Of a DNA stretch of 64,000 bases, positions 51,294 to 60,659 are shown one piece after another. The stretch comes from an uncultured candidatus Porisulfidus sp. (lineage in GTDB: Bacteria; Pseudomonadota; Gammaproteobacteria; Poriferisulfidales; Oxydemutatoraceae). The notes under the pieces are model-generated. The model did not search any database. It saw only the letters and a list, made by a program, of their open reading frames with translations, and was not told the DNA's origin. The stretch lies in assembly GCA_965215125.1 (NCBI GenBank), contig OZ244052.1:1120001-1184000 (forward strand), written 5' to 3'. Both the position numbers and the translations under genes were made by a program. The number at the start of each line of letters is the position of its first letter. Position 1 is the stretch's first letter.

Positions 51294-52723
51294 ATAACGC
51301 GCGTGTATCTAAACAGACCTATTTTCTTAATATAGATTCTGATAGTACTAAATTTTTTACCGTAATATATGGTTCGGTTAATATCTTGTATAAGATGGTA
51401 CGCTCCCCCTCCAAAAATAATGAGCATATTAGATACCAATCTCAAGGCTAACTTTAGGAAAGTTTTTATAGAGCGAGATTCTTTTATCTTATGCCATAAT
51501 TTTTTTTGTTTGTTCCACCGCCATTTTATTTTTTTTGATAGCATAGCTACGTGATGCGTCCGATGTGTTTTCATATTCTGTATCAACGCATGGGTTTTTA
51601 GTTTTAGTTTTAATCCTAAATTTGTATTAACCCTTGAGGAGTTCGAAATTTTATTATTTTCGGTATCCGGTGCTAAAGATTTTTCAGCTTGACTATCCTG
51701 TGTAAGTTGCCACTCCGGCGGACGATGGGTTGAGGCTCTTTTGTTGCGGTTAGCAAACTTGTTAACACGACTAATTTGTGCAAGTTTCCATCCTATCGGC
51801 CTATAGGTTGAGGGTTTTTTATCACGGTCATACGCCGCCGCCGCGCGTTGCTCTCTAGTACCTAAGACAAAATTTGCCAAGCCAACGGTTAAATTGCGCA
51901 TCAAGGAGAGCGAAGGAGTTTCTCTTTGCAGTTCTACAGGCACTTTGGTGCCGTTGCCGCTTGCAGTGGCTGATTTTTTTCTGTGACTTTTGTTTGGTTC
52001 TGGCGCATCTCTTTGTAATTCTGCAGGCACCTCGGTATCATCAAAGTCATCCCTAACGGTTGATTCTTGTCTGTAGTCTTTATTGGATACTATGCAAGGA
52101 GGAGTAATAATCCTTAAAACATCGCCTACGAGTTCCGTATTACCGGTAACCCAATCGGCAGGCATCCGTATAGGATATGCTAAATCGCGTAGTTTTTTTG
52201 CAGTCGGTAGCTTGACCAAATAGCCTATGGTCGTGAAAGGGAACTCTGCAACACGTGCGATGTAGTGCCCGGGGCAAACTTTTTTTTTCCAATAAACGGC
52301 CTCCGCTCCTTTGTTATAAGACTTTCTGTACTTGGAATAATGGCCGAGCAGCAAAGTACCCCAAGATACCTTCTGCAATACCGTTGAATTCAAAACTTCC
52401 GGGAAACGAGGCGACAGTTCGGCATCGTCTTCTAAAACACAAGCGATCGGAATATTATGATCTATCATCAATTCGTAAAACTTTATATGGCTTAATAAGC
52501 ATCCCAGAGAACCTAAGGTTATGCGCTGGTGATTATAGGTATTCGTGTAAAAAACCTGTTCCCCGTAATTTTCTACAACCTCGTGCGGTGTGAATTGCGC
52601 TCCATCCACCGCTTCTATAAATTGATAATCTAAGTTCAGTGCGTCTAACTGTTTGCTGATGTTAGCTTTGCGGTTGGGAGAGCGTTTTAGGTTGATGACA
52701 AAAATAGGAAAAGGGCTAGACAT
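51290..52723 (-). CDS. Glycosyltransferase family 25 with a long C-terminal extension
   Basis: FVINLKRS, FIEAVDG, GCLLSH, VLEDD. Confidence 0.88.
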   Translation of the reverse strand: MSSPFPIFVINLKRSPNRKANISKQLDALNLDYQFIEAVDGAQFTPHEVVENYGEQVFYTNTYNHQRITLGSLGCLLSHIKFYELMIDHNIPIACVLEDDAELSPRFPEVLNSTVLQKVSWGTLLLGHYSKYRKSYNKGAEAVYWKKKVCPGHYIARVAEFPFTTIGYLVKLPTAKKLRDLAYPIRMPADWVTGNTELVGDVLRIITPPCIVSNKDYRQESTVRDDFDDTEVPAELQRDAPEPNKSHRKKSATASGNGTKVPVELQRETPSLSLMRNLTVGLANFVLGTREQRAAAAYDRDKKPSTYRPIGWKLAQISRVNKFANRNKRASTHRPPEWQLTQDSQAEKSLAPDTENNKISNSSRVNTNLGLKLKLKTHALIQNMKTHRTHHVAMLSKKIKWRWNKQKKLWHKIKESRSIKTFLKLALRLVSNMLIIFGGGAYHLIQDINRTIYYGKKFSTIRIYIKKIGLFRYTRVI

Positions 52724-52790
52724 AGAACTGTATCAATGTAGTGAAATCACTCGTTTTTAGGTAACCAGTATAAACGATAATCGGCTAGAC

Positions 52791-53831
52791 TTAAAAACGG
52801 AATTTATGCGCCGAGTGTATACGTTTGATAATATCCATGAAGTGCTCGTGTAGTTTTAGTTTGTTTAACAGCTTAAATAGCAATGCTGCGGGTGAAGCCA
52901 GCAACCAATAAAAGAAGGGTTTGATTCCGGTTTTTGTGTGCCAAGCGATTGCGCGACGAAAGCAATCTTGAGCCTCTCTACATCGTCCCTGTACCAACAC
53001 TTCTAACCCCGCATGCCGCCACCTTCTAGCTAGTATGTAACGATATTTTTCAGGATCTAAACGTTTTTGTATAGCAAAATTTGCTACACAATCCTCAAAT
53101 ATATGGCACCATTTTCTCAATGGGTCATCGTGCATATCGCGCAGATGTGCGCCGTGTTCGTACATAATTACCGGGGCACCGGTCACATGTAACCATTCAC
53201 CTAAGCTCGCCAGCCTAAAAAAGAGTTCGGTATCGTGTCCGGTAATAAGCACTTCGTTATAACCTCCCAGCTTTTTAATCAAATGCGTGCGCAGCAATGT
53301 GGACGATGAAACCCCTGCCCCCATATCTATAAACCAATGATACGGATTGATGTTAAGTCTCTTTTGGTTAAGGTATTGTGTCTTGCCCTTTTCGTTTTTT
53401 AAGATCCGGTCGGCACTGGCAGCCACTGCCTCGGGGTGTTGTTCCAATGCGTTGTGCGTCTTTGCTAAAAACATCCGCGACGGTGTGTCGTCGGAATCTA
53501 AAAAATAGATATAGCGATGCTTAGCTTGAGCATGCGCCAGACCTGAATTTCTAGCTGCAGATGCACCTTTATTGCGATTATGAATAATCAACTGTGTCGT
53601 GAAGCAGGGTGCTTGGGTTTCAAACCACGCCTGCACAACTTCTACGGTATTGTCGGTAGAACAATCGTCTACAACGATTACATGATCGGGCTGAGCCGTC
53701 TGCTCTAAAATAGCTTCTAGTGCTCTAGTGATATATCGGGGCCTATTCATCACCGGGATGACAACTAGAATATCCGGCGATTTAGATATACTCATATCAA
53801 CGGTTATACGATTTCGGGCACTCGGCATCAT
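52791..53831 (-). CDS. Glycosyltransferase family 2
   Basis: VVDDCSTD, ARNSG, FLDSDD, GHDTEL; paralog of 49365-50357. Confidence 0.9.
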   Translation of the reverse strand: MMPSARNRITVDMSISKSPDILVVIPVMNRPRYITRALEAILEQTAQPDHVIVVDDCSTDNTVEVVQAWFETQAPCFTTQLIIHNRNKGASAARNSGLAHAQAKHRYIYFLDSDDTPSRMFLAKTHNALEQHPEAVAASADRILKNEKGKTQYLNQKRLNINPYHWFIDMGAGVSSSTLLRTHLIKKLGGYNEVLITGHDTELFFRLASLGEWLHVTGAPVIMYEHGAHLRDMHDDPLRKWCHIFEDCVANFAIQKRLDPEKYRYILARRWRHAGLEVLVQGRCREAQDCFRRAIAWHTKTGIKPFFYWLLASPAALLFKLLNKLKLHEHFMDIIKRIHSAHKFRF

Positions 53832-54919
53832 TGCCGAGCCCCCATAGTCAACGCTTTTTCGGTGGCTTGTCGGCGGTTTTTTTCGTCTTCAATATCCTCT
53901 ATACCCCAATGTTCTATGTTTCTTAAGATAAGGTTTTCGATGCTCTCTATGTGTAATCGGTTGTCGTTGAGTGCCGGAATATAGCGCAGTTCCGAACCGC
54001 CGGCCTCTATAAAAACCTCTCGTCCTCGGATGGCAATCTCCTCTAAGGTTTCTAGACAATCTGCCGAAAATCCCGGACAAAAGACATCTATCGTTTTTAC
54101 ACCTTGCTTTGCAAGCTCGCTCAAGGTTTGTTCGGTATACGGTTGCAACCATTCCGCTCGTCCAAATCGTGATTGAAAACAAAGTTTGTATTCGTGTTCG
54201 TTTAAGGATAGGGCGTGAGCAATTAATCGGATCGTAGTATGACACTGACAATGATAAGGGTCGCCCTCGAGTAAATTACGTTTAGGCAATCCATGAAATG
54301 AAAACAGCAATAAATCCCCGCAACCGTGTTGGTTGCGAAACGAACGTATCTGTTCGGCACAAGCAGAGATATAAAGAGGATGTTTATGGTAATGGTTGAT
54401 ATAGCGCAATTCGGGTTGCCAACGCCAAGAGCTTAGTATTCGTGCTACCTCGTCAAAAACCGATGCCGTGGTGGTAGCCGAATATTGCGGGAACAACGGC
54501 AAAATCAATAAACGTTGAACCGACTTTTCCCTCATTTCATCAAGCACCTTTTTGATAGCCGGTTTTCCGTAGCGCATGGCAAGGCTCACAACTAAATTTT
54601 GATGTTCGTCCTGTAGCTTTTGTGCTACTTTCAAACTAAGGCGATTGGAATGAATAAATAACGGTGAACCTTCCGGTAGCCATACTTTTGCATAAGCCTC
54701 GGCACTTTTGCGCGGGCGCAGAGGCAGTATTAAAAGATGCAAAATCAGCCACCAAATCGGGTGAGGAATTTCTACAACACGCGGATCCGATAAAAACTCG
54801 GCAAGATAACGACGCACCGCCGCTGTAGTAGGGGCTTCCGGGGTGCCTAGATTGACTAGTAAGATACCGGTAGATGCGACGGTACCGTGGCGGTAATCTT
54901 TATTTCCTAGATAGCCCAA
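53828..54919 (-). CDS. hemH: Ferrochelatase
   Basis: LLVNLGTP, FSFHG, FQSRFG, DCLETLEE; TTG start at 54919 is an estimate. Confidence 0.95.
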   Translation of the reverse strand: MGYLGNKDYRHGTVASTGILLVNLGTPEAPTTAAVRRYLAEFLSDPRVVEIPHPIWWLILHLLILPLRPRKSAEAYAKVWLPEGSPLFIHSNRLSLKVAQKLQDEHQNLVVSLAMRYGKPAIKKVLDEMREKSVQRLLILPLFPQYSATTTASVFDEVARILSSWRWQPELRYINHYHKHPLYISACAEQIRSFRNQHGCGDLLLFSFHGLPKRNLLEGDPYHCQCHTTIRLIAHALSLNEHEYKLCFQSRFGRAEWLQPYTEQTLSELAKQGVKTIDVFCPGFSADCLETLEEIAIRGREVFIEAGGSELRYIPALNDNRLHIESIENLILRNIEHWGIEDIEDEKNRRQATEKALTMGARQ

Positions 54920-54940
54920 CGCGTATTGATAATTAAGAGT

Positions 54941-55012
54941 GGGAATTATATACAATTATGCACAAGGCTTTTCCTTGCGCTCGGTGCTATTGTTTGACGC
55001 TTCATAATTCCC
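54941..55012. mobile_element. 72-bp IS1595-like MITE
   Basis: Ends GGGAATTAT and ATAATTCCC; flanks TTAAGAGT and TTAAGAAT (7/8). Confidence 0.75.
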
Positions 55013-55591
55013 TTAAGAATCTCTCAGGCGGCTCTTTCTAGGAAAGTGTGCTTTTAAGAATTCCATTTGGTCGGCTAATATGGTACGTGCTCTCAAATAA
55101 ATATACTCGGCGTGTGTCGGGACAAAAGGAATCGCTAGTAGCTTCATGCCGGCTTGTTCCGGTGTGCGATCCGCCTTTTGATTATTGCAACGTTTGCAAG
55201 CACTAACGACATTATTCCAAGTATCTCTGCCGCCTTGCTTAAAAGGGATGACATGATCACGAGATAAATAACGGCGACTAAAAGATTCTCCGCAATAAAG
55301 ACACAATGAACCATCGCGCCTGAATAGCGCGTCATTGTTCAAAGGCGGTATGTAATTTAGGTCTAGATGCGGATTTTTTCCATATGTTGCAATGACCGAA
55401 TTGACTCTGATAACACTACGTTTTCCGGTCACGGCATTGATACCGCCGCGAATTATAAACAGCGCGGTTCCCGCCTCGTAAGCCACGATATCTGTGTGAT
55501 AAAACCTCACCGCATCTTGATAATTTATCCAGTCGAGGGGCATACCGGCTACGTCAACTCTTAGGATTTGTTGACTCAAATTCTCTTGCAT
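55013..55591 (-). CDS. HNH endonuclease family protein
   Basis: CLYCG, DHVIP, NVVSACKRCNNQK. Confidence 0.9.
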   Translation of the reverse strand: MQENLSQQILRVDVAGMPLDWINYQDAVRFYHTDIVAYEAGTALFIIRGGINAVTGKRSVIRVNSVIATYGKNPHLDLNYIPPLNNDALFRRDGSLCLYCGESFSRRYLSRDHVIPFKQGGRDTWNNVVSACKRCNNQKADRTPEQAGMKLLAIPFVPTHAEYIYLRARTILADQMEFLKAHFPRKSRLRDS

Positions 55592-55718
55592 AGCACCACC
55601 TTGTTCATTAGAAGCCTTGCGTAAGTTTTGTATAGTATAGAAATTGTTTATAATGTCAATAATTTAAGAGCTATTTTATTATAGATGCTTGAAATTGGTA
55701 AATGACGAGGAGAATATT

Positions 55719-56354
55719 ATGAGAAAAATTATGGTACTCAATGCTAAGGGAGGTTCCGGTAAAACTACGGTTGCGACTAATTTGGCAAGCTATTATGCGA
55801 ATAGAAATCTATCTGTGGTTTTAGCTGATTATGATCCCCAGCGAGGTAGCTTGCAGTGGCTGGCGGCACGCGCCCCCGGTAAGCCACCTATTTTGGCATA
55901 CGATGGTATTAGACAACGCGGTGCCACCCAGAGAATGGCGGACATTTATATTATGGACACACCGGCGGCTTTACATGGGAAAGAGCTTAACAATATGATC
56001 CGACGCGCCGAGACAATTATTATTCCGGTTGTTCCTTCGGCTTTGGATATGCGGGCGGTGTCCGAGTTCGCAAAAGAAATAAACGCGGCACCGGCGATCT
56101 CCGGAAGACGCGCCAAAGTCGCGGTAATCGGTAATCGGGTTCGTTTTCAGACTAAAATAGCATGGCAGCTCGACGAGTTTCTACTTAAACTACGTTTTTC
56201 TTTTCCGACCCATTTAAGGGACAGTATGAATTACGTACGCGCCGCAGAAAAGGGGCTCGGGCTATTTGATATGTCCCGTTATGCAACTATGCACGAGCGC
56301 AACGACTGGGTACCCTTGTTGCGGTGGTTGGGTAGTCAACGCAGTATACCCTAA
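55719..56354 (+). CDS. Orphan ParA/MinD-family ATPase
   Basis: NAKGGSGKTT, DYDPQ, DTPA; no parB adjacent. Confidence 0.88.
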   Translation: MRKIMVLNAKGGSGKTTVATNLASYYANRNLSVVLADYDPQRGSLQWLAARAPGKPPILAYDGIRQRGATQRMADIYIMDTPAALHGKELNNMIRRAETIIIPVVPSALDMRAVSEFAKEINAAPAISGRRAKVAVIGNRVRFQTKIAWQLDEFLLKLRFSFPTHLRDSMNYVRAAEKGLGLFDMSRYATMHERNDWVPLLRWLGSQRSIP

Positions 56355-56446
56355 AGTACCGTCCGGAATAACCGCAACCGCTTGCGCCGTATGGTTTTGG
56401 TTTCCATAAATTGGATGAATGAATGTATAAATCGTGCACATACGAC

Positions 56447-57907
56447 GGGGCTGTTGAAAAAGCCGCCTCATCCTTGAAAGCTATACCGTAATAACAAAAA
56501 TCTTTGGATAAACTGAAATCTGATCCAGCGGAAATAAAAATCTAAAGAAACCGCTAGTCTCTTTAGGTTCTGAGCTGTCCCAATCAAGTAGGCTTGTATC
56601 TGCATCTTCCTCCAACCTCTATATTTTGCCCGCCTCAATCCATGCTGTTCCTTTGCCTCACCAAATAAGCCCTCTACCTTCCAACTTCGCTCCGTCATCC
56701 AGTGCTGAAATACCTCACTACTTTGTCGACATCTCACTCGCTCAATCGCCTCTTTATACTTGTTTCGGGCGATGTACATATGATTCCTACCACCTAAATA
56801 ACAACTCCCTCGCCATTGACAACTCTTACAATGCGCTTTCTTGATATCGTAATACTTCGTTGACCGCACGGCATGTTTAGAATATAACGCATGACCGGCT
56901 TGACAGATATAGCGGTCGTGCTTGGCATCATACTTGAAACTGCCATCATCGGCTACCGGCTTAACATACTTCGGCATCGGAATATAGCTGCGGATATTGT
57001 GGTCTTCAAAAAATTGATGTCTTGCCACTACTATAGCCGGCATCGGCAATCACCTCTTCGACCGGCAAGTCGAAACGCTCCTGCTGATAACGGATTCTTT
57101 GTGTTATCACATTGTTTTTATGATAGGCTCCGGTGGTCACATGACAATCCGTTATTATCCGCTTGCTTGCATCAATACAATAATGCACCTTATGGTATAA
57201 CTTCTTCGGATACCCTTTACGATGGACTAAAGTGGCATCGCTATCTACTTTACTGAAATGCTTGCGGTTGCTGATTTTTTCTCTTTTCACCACCGTAGTT
57301 TGCGACACTGCCGCTTTGCTTTGTTGCTTCTCGTCCTCAACTACTTCCGCTGCTGCCGGCTGCTCTCGTCTCTGCAGTTTCCCCGCCGACGCATTCGCCT
57401 CAACCAAACTCGCATCCGTTATAATCCGCTTCCCAGGCACTAATCCAGCATCACGGCATTGTTCTACTATCTGCTCAAATACCTGTGCAAAACACGCCAC
57501 CCCTAATCTATCCCTCACCCGAGTTAATGACGAATGATCCGGCACCGCATCACTCATATTTAATCTGACAAACCAACGATAGCCAATGTTCATTGCGATC
57601 TCGTCGCAAAGTTGACGACCTGACTTAATCCCATAGATGTGTCCTAATATACAAATACGGAAAAATACTTCAGGGTCTATTGACGGTCTACCTTGTCTAT
57701 CACTATAGAACTTTTTGGTTAATTTTTTGACAAAACTCAAGTCTAAAACCTTATCAATACGCCTTAATAGGTGATTGTTAGGAATGAGTGCCTCATAGTC
57801 TATTTGGGAAAATAGTTCGCGTTGAAACTTCTGATTTCCTTGCATAAAAACCTCCGTTGAATAAGTTATCTATTATTACTTACATCCAATACTTTTTCAA
57901 CAGCCCC
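56447..57907 (-). mobile_element. IS1182-family insertion sequence
   Basis: Perfect 16-bp TIRs GGGGCTGTTGAAAAAG; flanked by AC/AC; inserted within the modular repeat. Confidence 0.9.
56468..57845 (-). pseudogene. IS1182-family DDE transposase split over two frames near 57010-57030
   Basis: GRPSIDP, PDHSSL and ADAGY in ORF 57006-57845; VEGLFGEAK and NLKRL in ORF 56468-57049. Confidence 0.88.
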
Positions 57908-58063
57908 ACGCTACAACCACCCCAGAGAAAGGCTTTACATTTTGCAATATGCGTTAGGGTCTTGCACAAAGTGACACCACTTGTGCTACTGCAACAAGTG
58001 GTGGTTCTATTACGCCTGCCACCCCTCTAGAGGAGGGGAATAGTCTTCCCCTACATATATCGA

Positions 58064-58759
58064 TTACATTGCGGCTCGGGGTTGGTGGACCGCATCGATA
58101 CTTTTATGAGGCAGGAAGATACCACAACCGAGCTTTTGCTTGGTGCCTAAGCCGGTTCGTTGCAACCGGATGCTTTCGTCAAAAGCAAGTTCCACTATCA
58201 TAAGGCTTCTGACGTATAGGGTTTTATCGGAGGTTTTGATTGCGTGCTGTCTTCCTCCCATCATACGCTGTGGGTGTATGCCTTTGGCGTTGAGCATTTT
58301 GGTTGCTTCGTGCAGAAATTCGTGCTCACTTTGCATGTTTTGTGATGCCAAGGCTCTGGCAAACAAAGTTGTTTGCGTACTGAGCGCGCGTAAAGTCGGC
58401 TTGTTGATTTTTATTAAACAGCCTTCGATATCAATCGTTTTTCCTTCTAAAACCATCGCATCTTCAAAGCGAGATTTAGGTAGACGCAATCGTAGTCTCG
58501 TTCGCTTGGATAAATAAAGCAATTCGTTTTCTTTATAGGGTCTTAACCATCCATTGCCGGACTCGGCTCCGTGCAATGTATGTAAAGCGACATCGGGGTC
58601 TGTCTCAAGCCACGGCAATATTCGGCTAATCGCCTTATACAAAGCGTACGCATGATCCACCGTCAAGCCGCCGTGACATTCAACTCTAAAGCCGAGATCT
58701 GCAACATCTTCGGGTACTCGCAGCTGTTTCTCTTCCGAATCTTGCCAGTAGTTTTCCAT
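58064..58759 (-). CDS. cas6: Orphan Cas6-family protein (MYXAN/Cmx6-like)
   Basis: DHAYALY, LRLRLP, C-terminal Gly-rich loop GLGTKQKLGCGIF; start taken at MENYW. Confidence 0.85.
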   Translation of the reverse strand: MENYWQDSEEKQLRVPEDVADLGFRVECHGGLTVDHAYALYKAISRILPWLETDPDVALHTLHGAESGNGWLRPYKENELLYLSKRTRLRLRLPKSRFEDAMVLEGKTIDIEGCLIKINKPTLRALSTQTTLFARALASQNMQSEHEFLHEATKMLNAKGIHPQRMMGGRQHAIKTSDKTLYVRSLMIVELAFDESIRLQRTGLGTKQKLGCGIFLPHKSIDAVHQPRAAM

Positions 58760-58763
58760 AAAT

Positions 58764-58961
58764 CTATTCCACATTGCCGGCCGAAGTAAAAGCAGCCTCC
58801 AACCGTTGTTCCCAATCCTCCGGTGTATCCGCAAACGGTGGGCGTACGTCCATTTCTATAAACATTTCGCCTTGACGCGCTTGTGATTTTATATAGGCGA
58901 TAAGTTCTTCAAAACTGGTCATTTCGTTATTGCCTATTAATATGTCGCTAATTGACAGCAC
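58764..58961 (-). CDS. Small acidic hypothetical protein coupled to cas6
   Basis: 65 aa with MDVRPPFADTPEDWE; sits between aroB and cas6, 4 bp from the cas6 start. Confidence 0.7.
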   Translation of the reverse strand: MLSISDILIGNNEMTSFEELIAYIKSQARQGEMFIEMDVRPPFADTPEDWEQRLEAAFTSAGNVE

Positions 58962-59015
58962 AGCATTTCCTCGGTATATCGGTTGCGTACATCAAAAGAT
59001 TATTTACATGTGTGA

Positions 59016-60089
59016 TTATAAAACATCTTTGATCGCTTGTGTTTCTACTTGATCGGTTTCAAAAGCCTCTCCTATCGCACGCAATAAAATGTAATGCCGC
59101 CGTCCGCTTTTGTTCTTTTTATCGAGTGCCATTGCATCTAACAATGCTTGTGGATCTAAGGTCGTCGGCTTGGATGTTGCCAGCCCGAAACGATTGAGTA
59201 ATGAAACAATGCGGTCAAGGCTTTCTTTAGATATATAACCTAAGTTTAGAGACAGTTGCGCAGCGAGCGCAAGCCCGCATCCCACCGCTTCGCCGTGCAA
59301 CCAAAACCCGTAGCCCAGGGTTGCTTCTATAGCATGCCCGAAAGTATGTCCTAAATTAAGCAGGGCGCGTTTGCCGGTCTGCTCTAATTCATCGGCAGCG
59401 ACGATTTCGGCTTTGATGGCACATGAGCGTTCTATCGCATAACACAAAGTCTCGTCATCGTGTGCAAGCAGTGCTTCTACATGGTCCTCTAACCAATTAA
59501 AAAAATTGGCATCTGCAATCAAGCCGTATTTGACAACCTCGGCAAGTCCTGCAACATAGTGCCTAGGTGGTAGCGTGTTGAGCGTATTCAAGTCTGTAAC
59601 AACACAACGCGGCTGATAAAAAGCCCCAATCATGTTTTTCCCTAAAGCATGGTTGACTGCGGTTTTGCCGCCCACCGAGGAATCTACCTGAGCAAGCAGG
59701 GTTGTAGGAATCTGTGCAAAAGCAATGCCGCGCAAATAACTTGAAGCAACGAAACCGGCAATGTCTCCGACCACGCCGCCGCCGAGTGCTATGAGTAGCG
59801 CATCTCGTTCGGTTCGACACTCCAGTAGTCGGGTACAAACCTGCTCGAAAGTCTGCAATGTTTTATACGATTCGCCTGCCGGTATCACGATTTGATCTAT
59901 TTTTAATTCTGCGCCGATTACATCGCATACCGTTTGCATATAAAGTGGTGCGACATCTTCGTCCGAAAGTATCACCAGATGAGAGCCTTGCCAATTTGGG
60001 GTCAACAATTCATCTAAACTTGCCAGTAAGCCTCGTCCTATATGAATGGGGTAGCTACGCCGACCTAGTTCTACCGTCAAAATATTCAT
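59016..60089 (-). CDS. aroB: 3-dehydroquinate synthase
   Basis: GGGVVGD, PTTLLAQVDSSVGGK, LNLGHTFGHA. Confidence 0.96.
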   Translation of the reverse strand: MNILTVELGRRSYPIHIGRGLLASLDELLTPNWQGSHLVILSDEDVAPLYMQTVCDVIGAELKIDQIVIPAGESYKTLQTFEQVCTRLLECRTERDALLIALGGGVVGDIAGFVASSYLRGIAFAQIPTTLLAQVDSSVGGKTAVNHALGKNMIGAFYQPRCVVTDLNTLNTLPPRHYVAGLAEVVKYGLIADANFFNWLEDHVEALLAHDDETLCYAIERSCAIKAEIVAADELEQTGKRALLNLGHTFGHAIEATLGYGFWLHGEAVGCGLALAAQLSLNLGYISKESLDRIVSLLNRFGLATSKPTTLDPQALLDAMALDKKNKSGRRHYILLRAIGEAFETDQVETQAIKDVL

Positions 60090-60598
60090 ATTTGCTTTAT
60101 ATTATCGATATATTCAATAATTTTTGTCACCGTTGATTTAACGGTGCCGTTGTTATCGACGATAAAATCGGCAAGTGCTTCGTATATAGGGATGCGCACA
60201 CGATCCAAATTTTTGATGGTTTCATAGACATCCCCCTCCATCAGCAAAGGGCGTCCGGTCGTATTTCGTACTCTTTCATAACGGTTATCCAAAGATGTGC
60301 TTAAATAAATTACTGTACCATTATCTTTGATGTTCTTGCAATTTTGTTTATCTACAACCACACCGCCGCCGGTTGCCACAACCATATTGCGATTACCTAA
60401 GATTTCTCGTAGCACTTCGGATTCGCGCTTTCTAAAGCCCACTTCGCCTTCATTTTTGAATATCGTCGGAATATCCATAGCGGCGTGTCGGCAAATCAAC
60501 TTGTCGGTGTCGTAAAAACGACTTTTGATACGTTTTGCTAAAGTCTCGGCAATATGACTTTTGCCCGCTGCCATAGGTCCTATTAGGAATATGTTCAT
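60086..60598 (-). CDS. aroK: Shikimate kinase
   Basis: GPMAAGKS, GFRKRE, ATGGG, RPLL. Confidence 0.95.
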   Translation of the reverse strand: MNIFLIGPMAAGKSHIAETLAKRIKSRFYDTDKLICRHAAMDIPTIFKNEGEVGFRKRESEVLREILGNRNMVVATGGGVVVDKQNCKNIKDNGTVIYLSTSLDNRYERVRNTTGRPLLMEGDVYETIKNLDRVRIPIYEALADFIVDNNGTVKSTVTKIIEYIDNIKQI

Positions 60599-60659
60599 TT
60601 ATGCCCTGTGCTAAAATTGAAATTATGCTCAATCTAGTTTATCAATCTATGTACTTGTC

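Noticed and set aside
55013-55591. IscB or a Cas9 fragment
   Set aside because: Only an HNH domain; no RuvC or PLMP motif
55719-56354. The chromosomal ParA partnering the parS sites
   Set aside because: Short orphan type with no parB, about 40 kb from the parS pair
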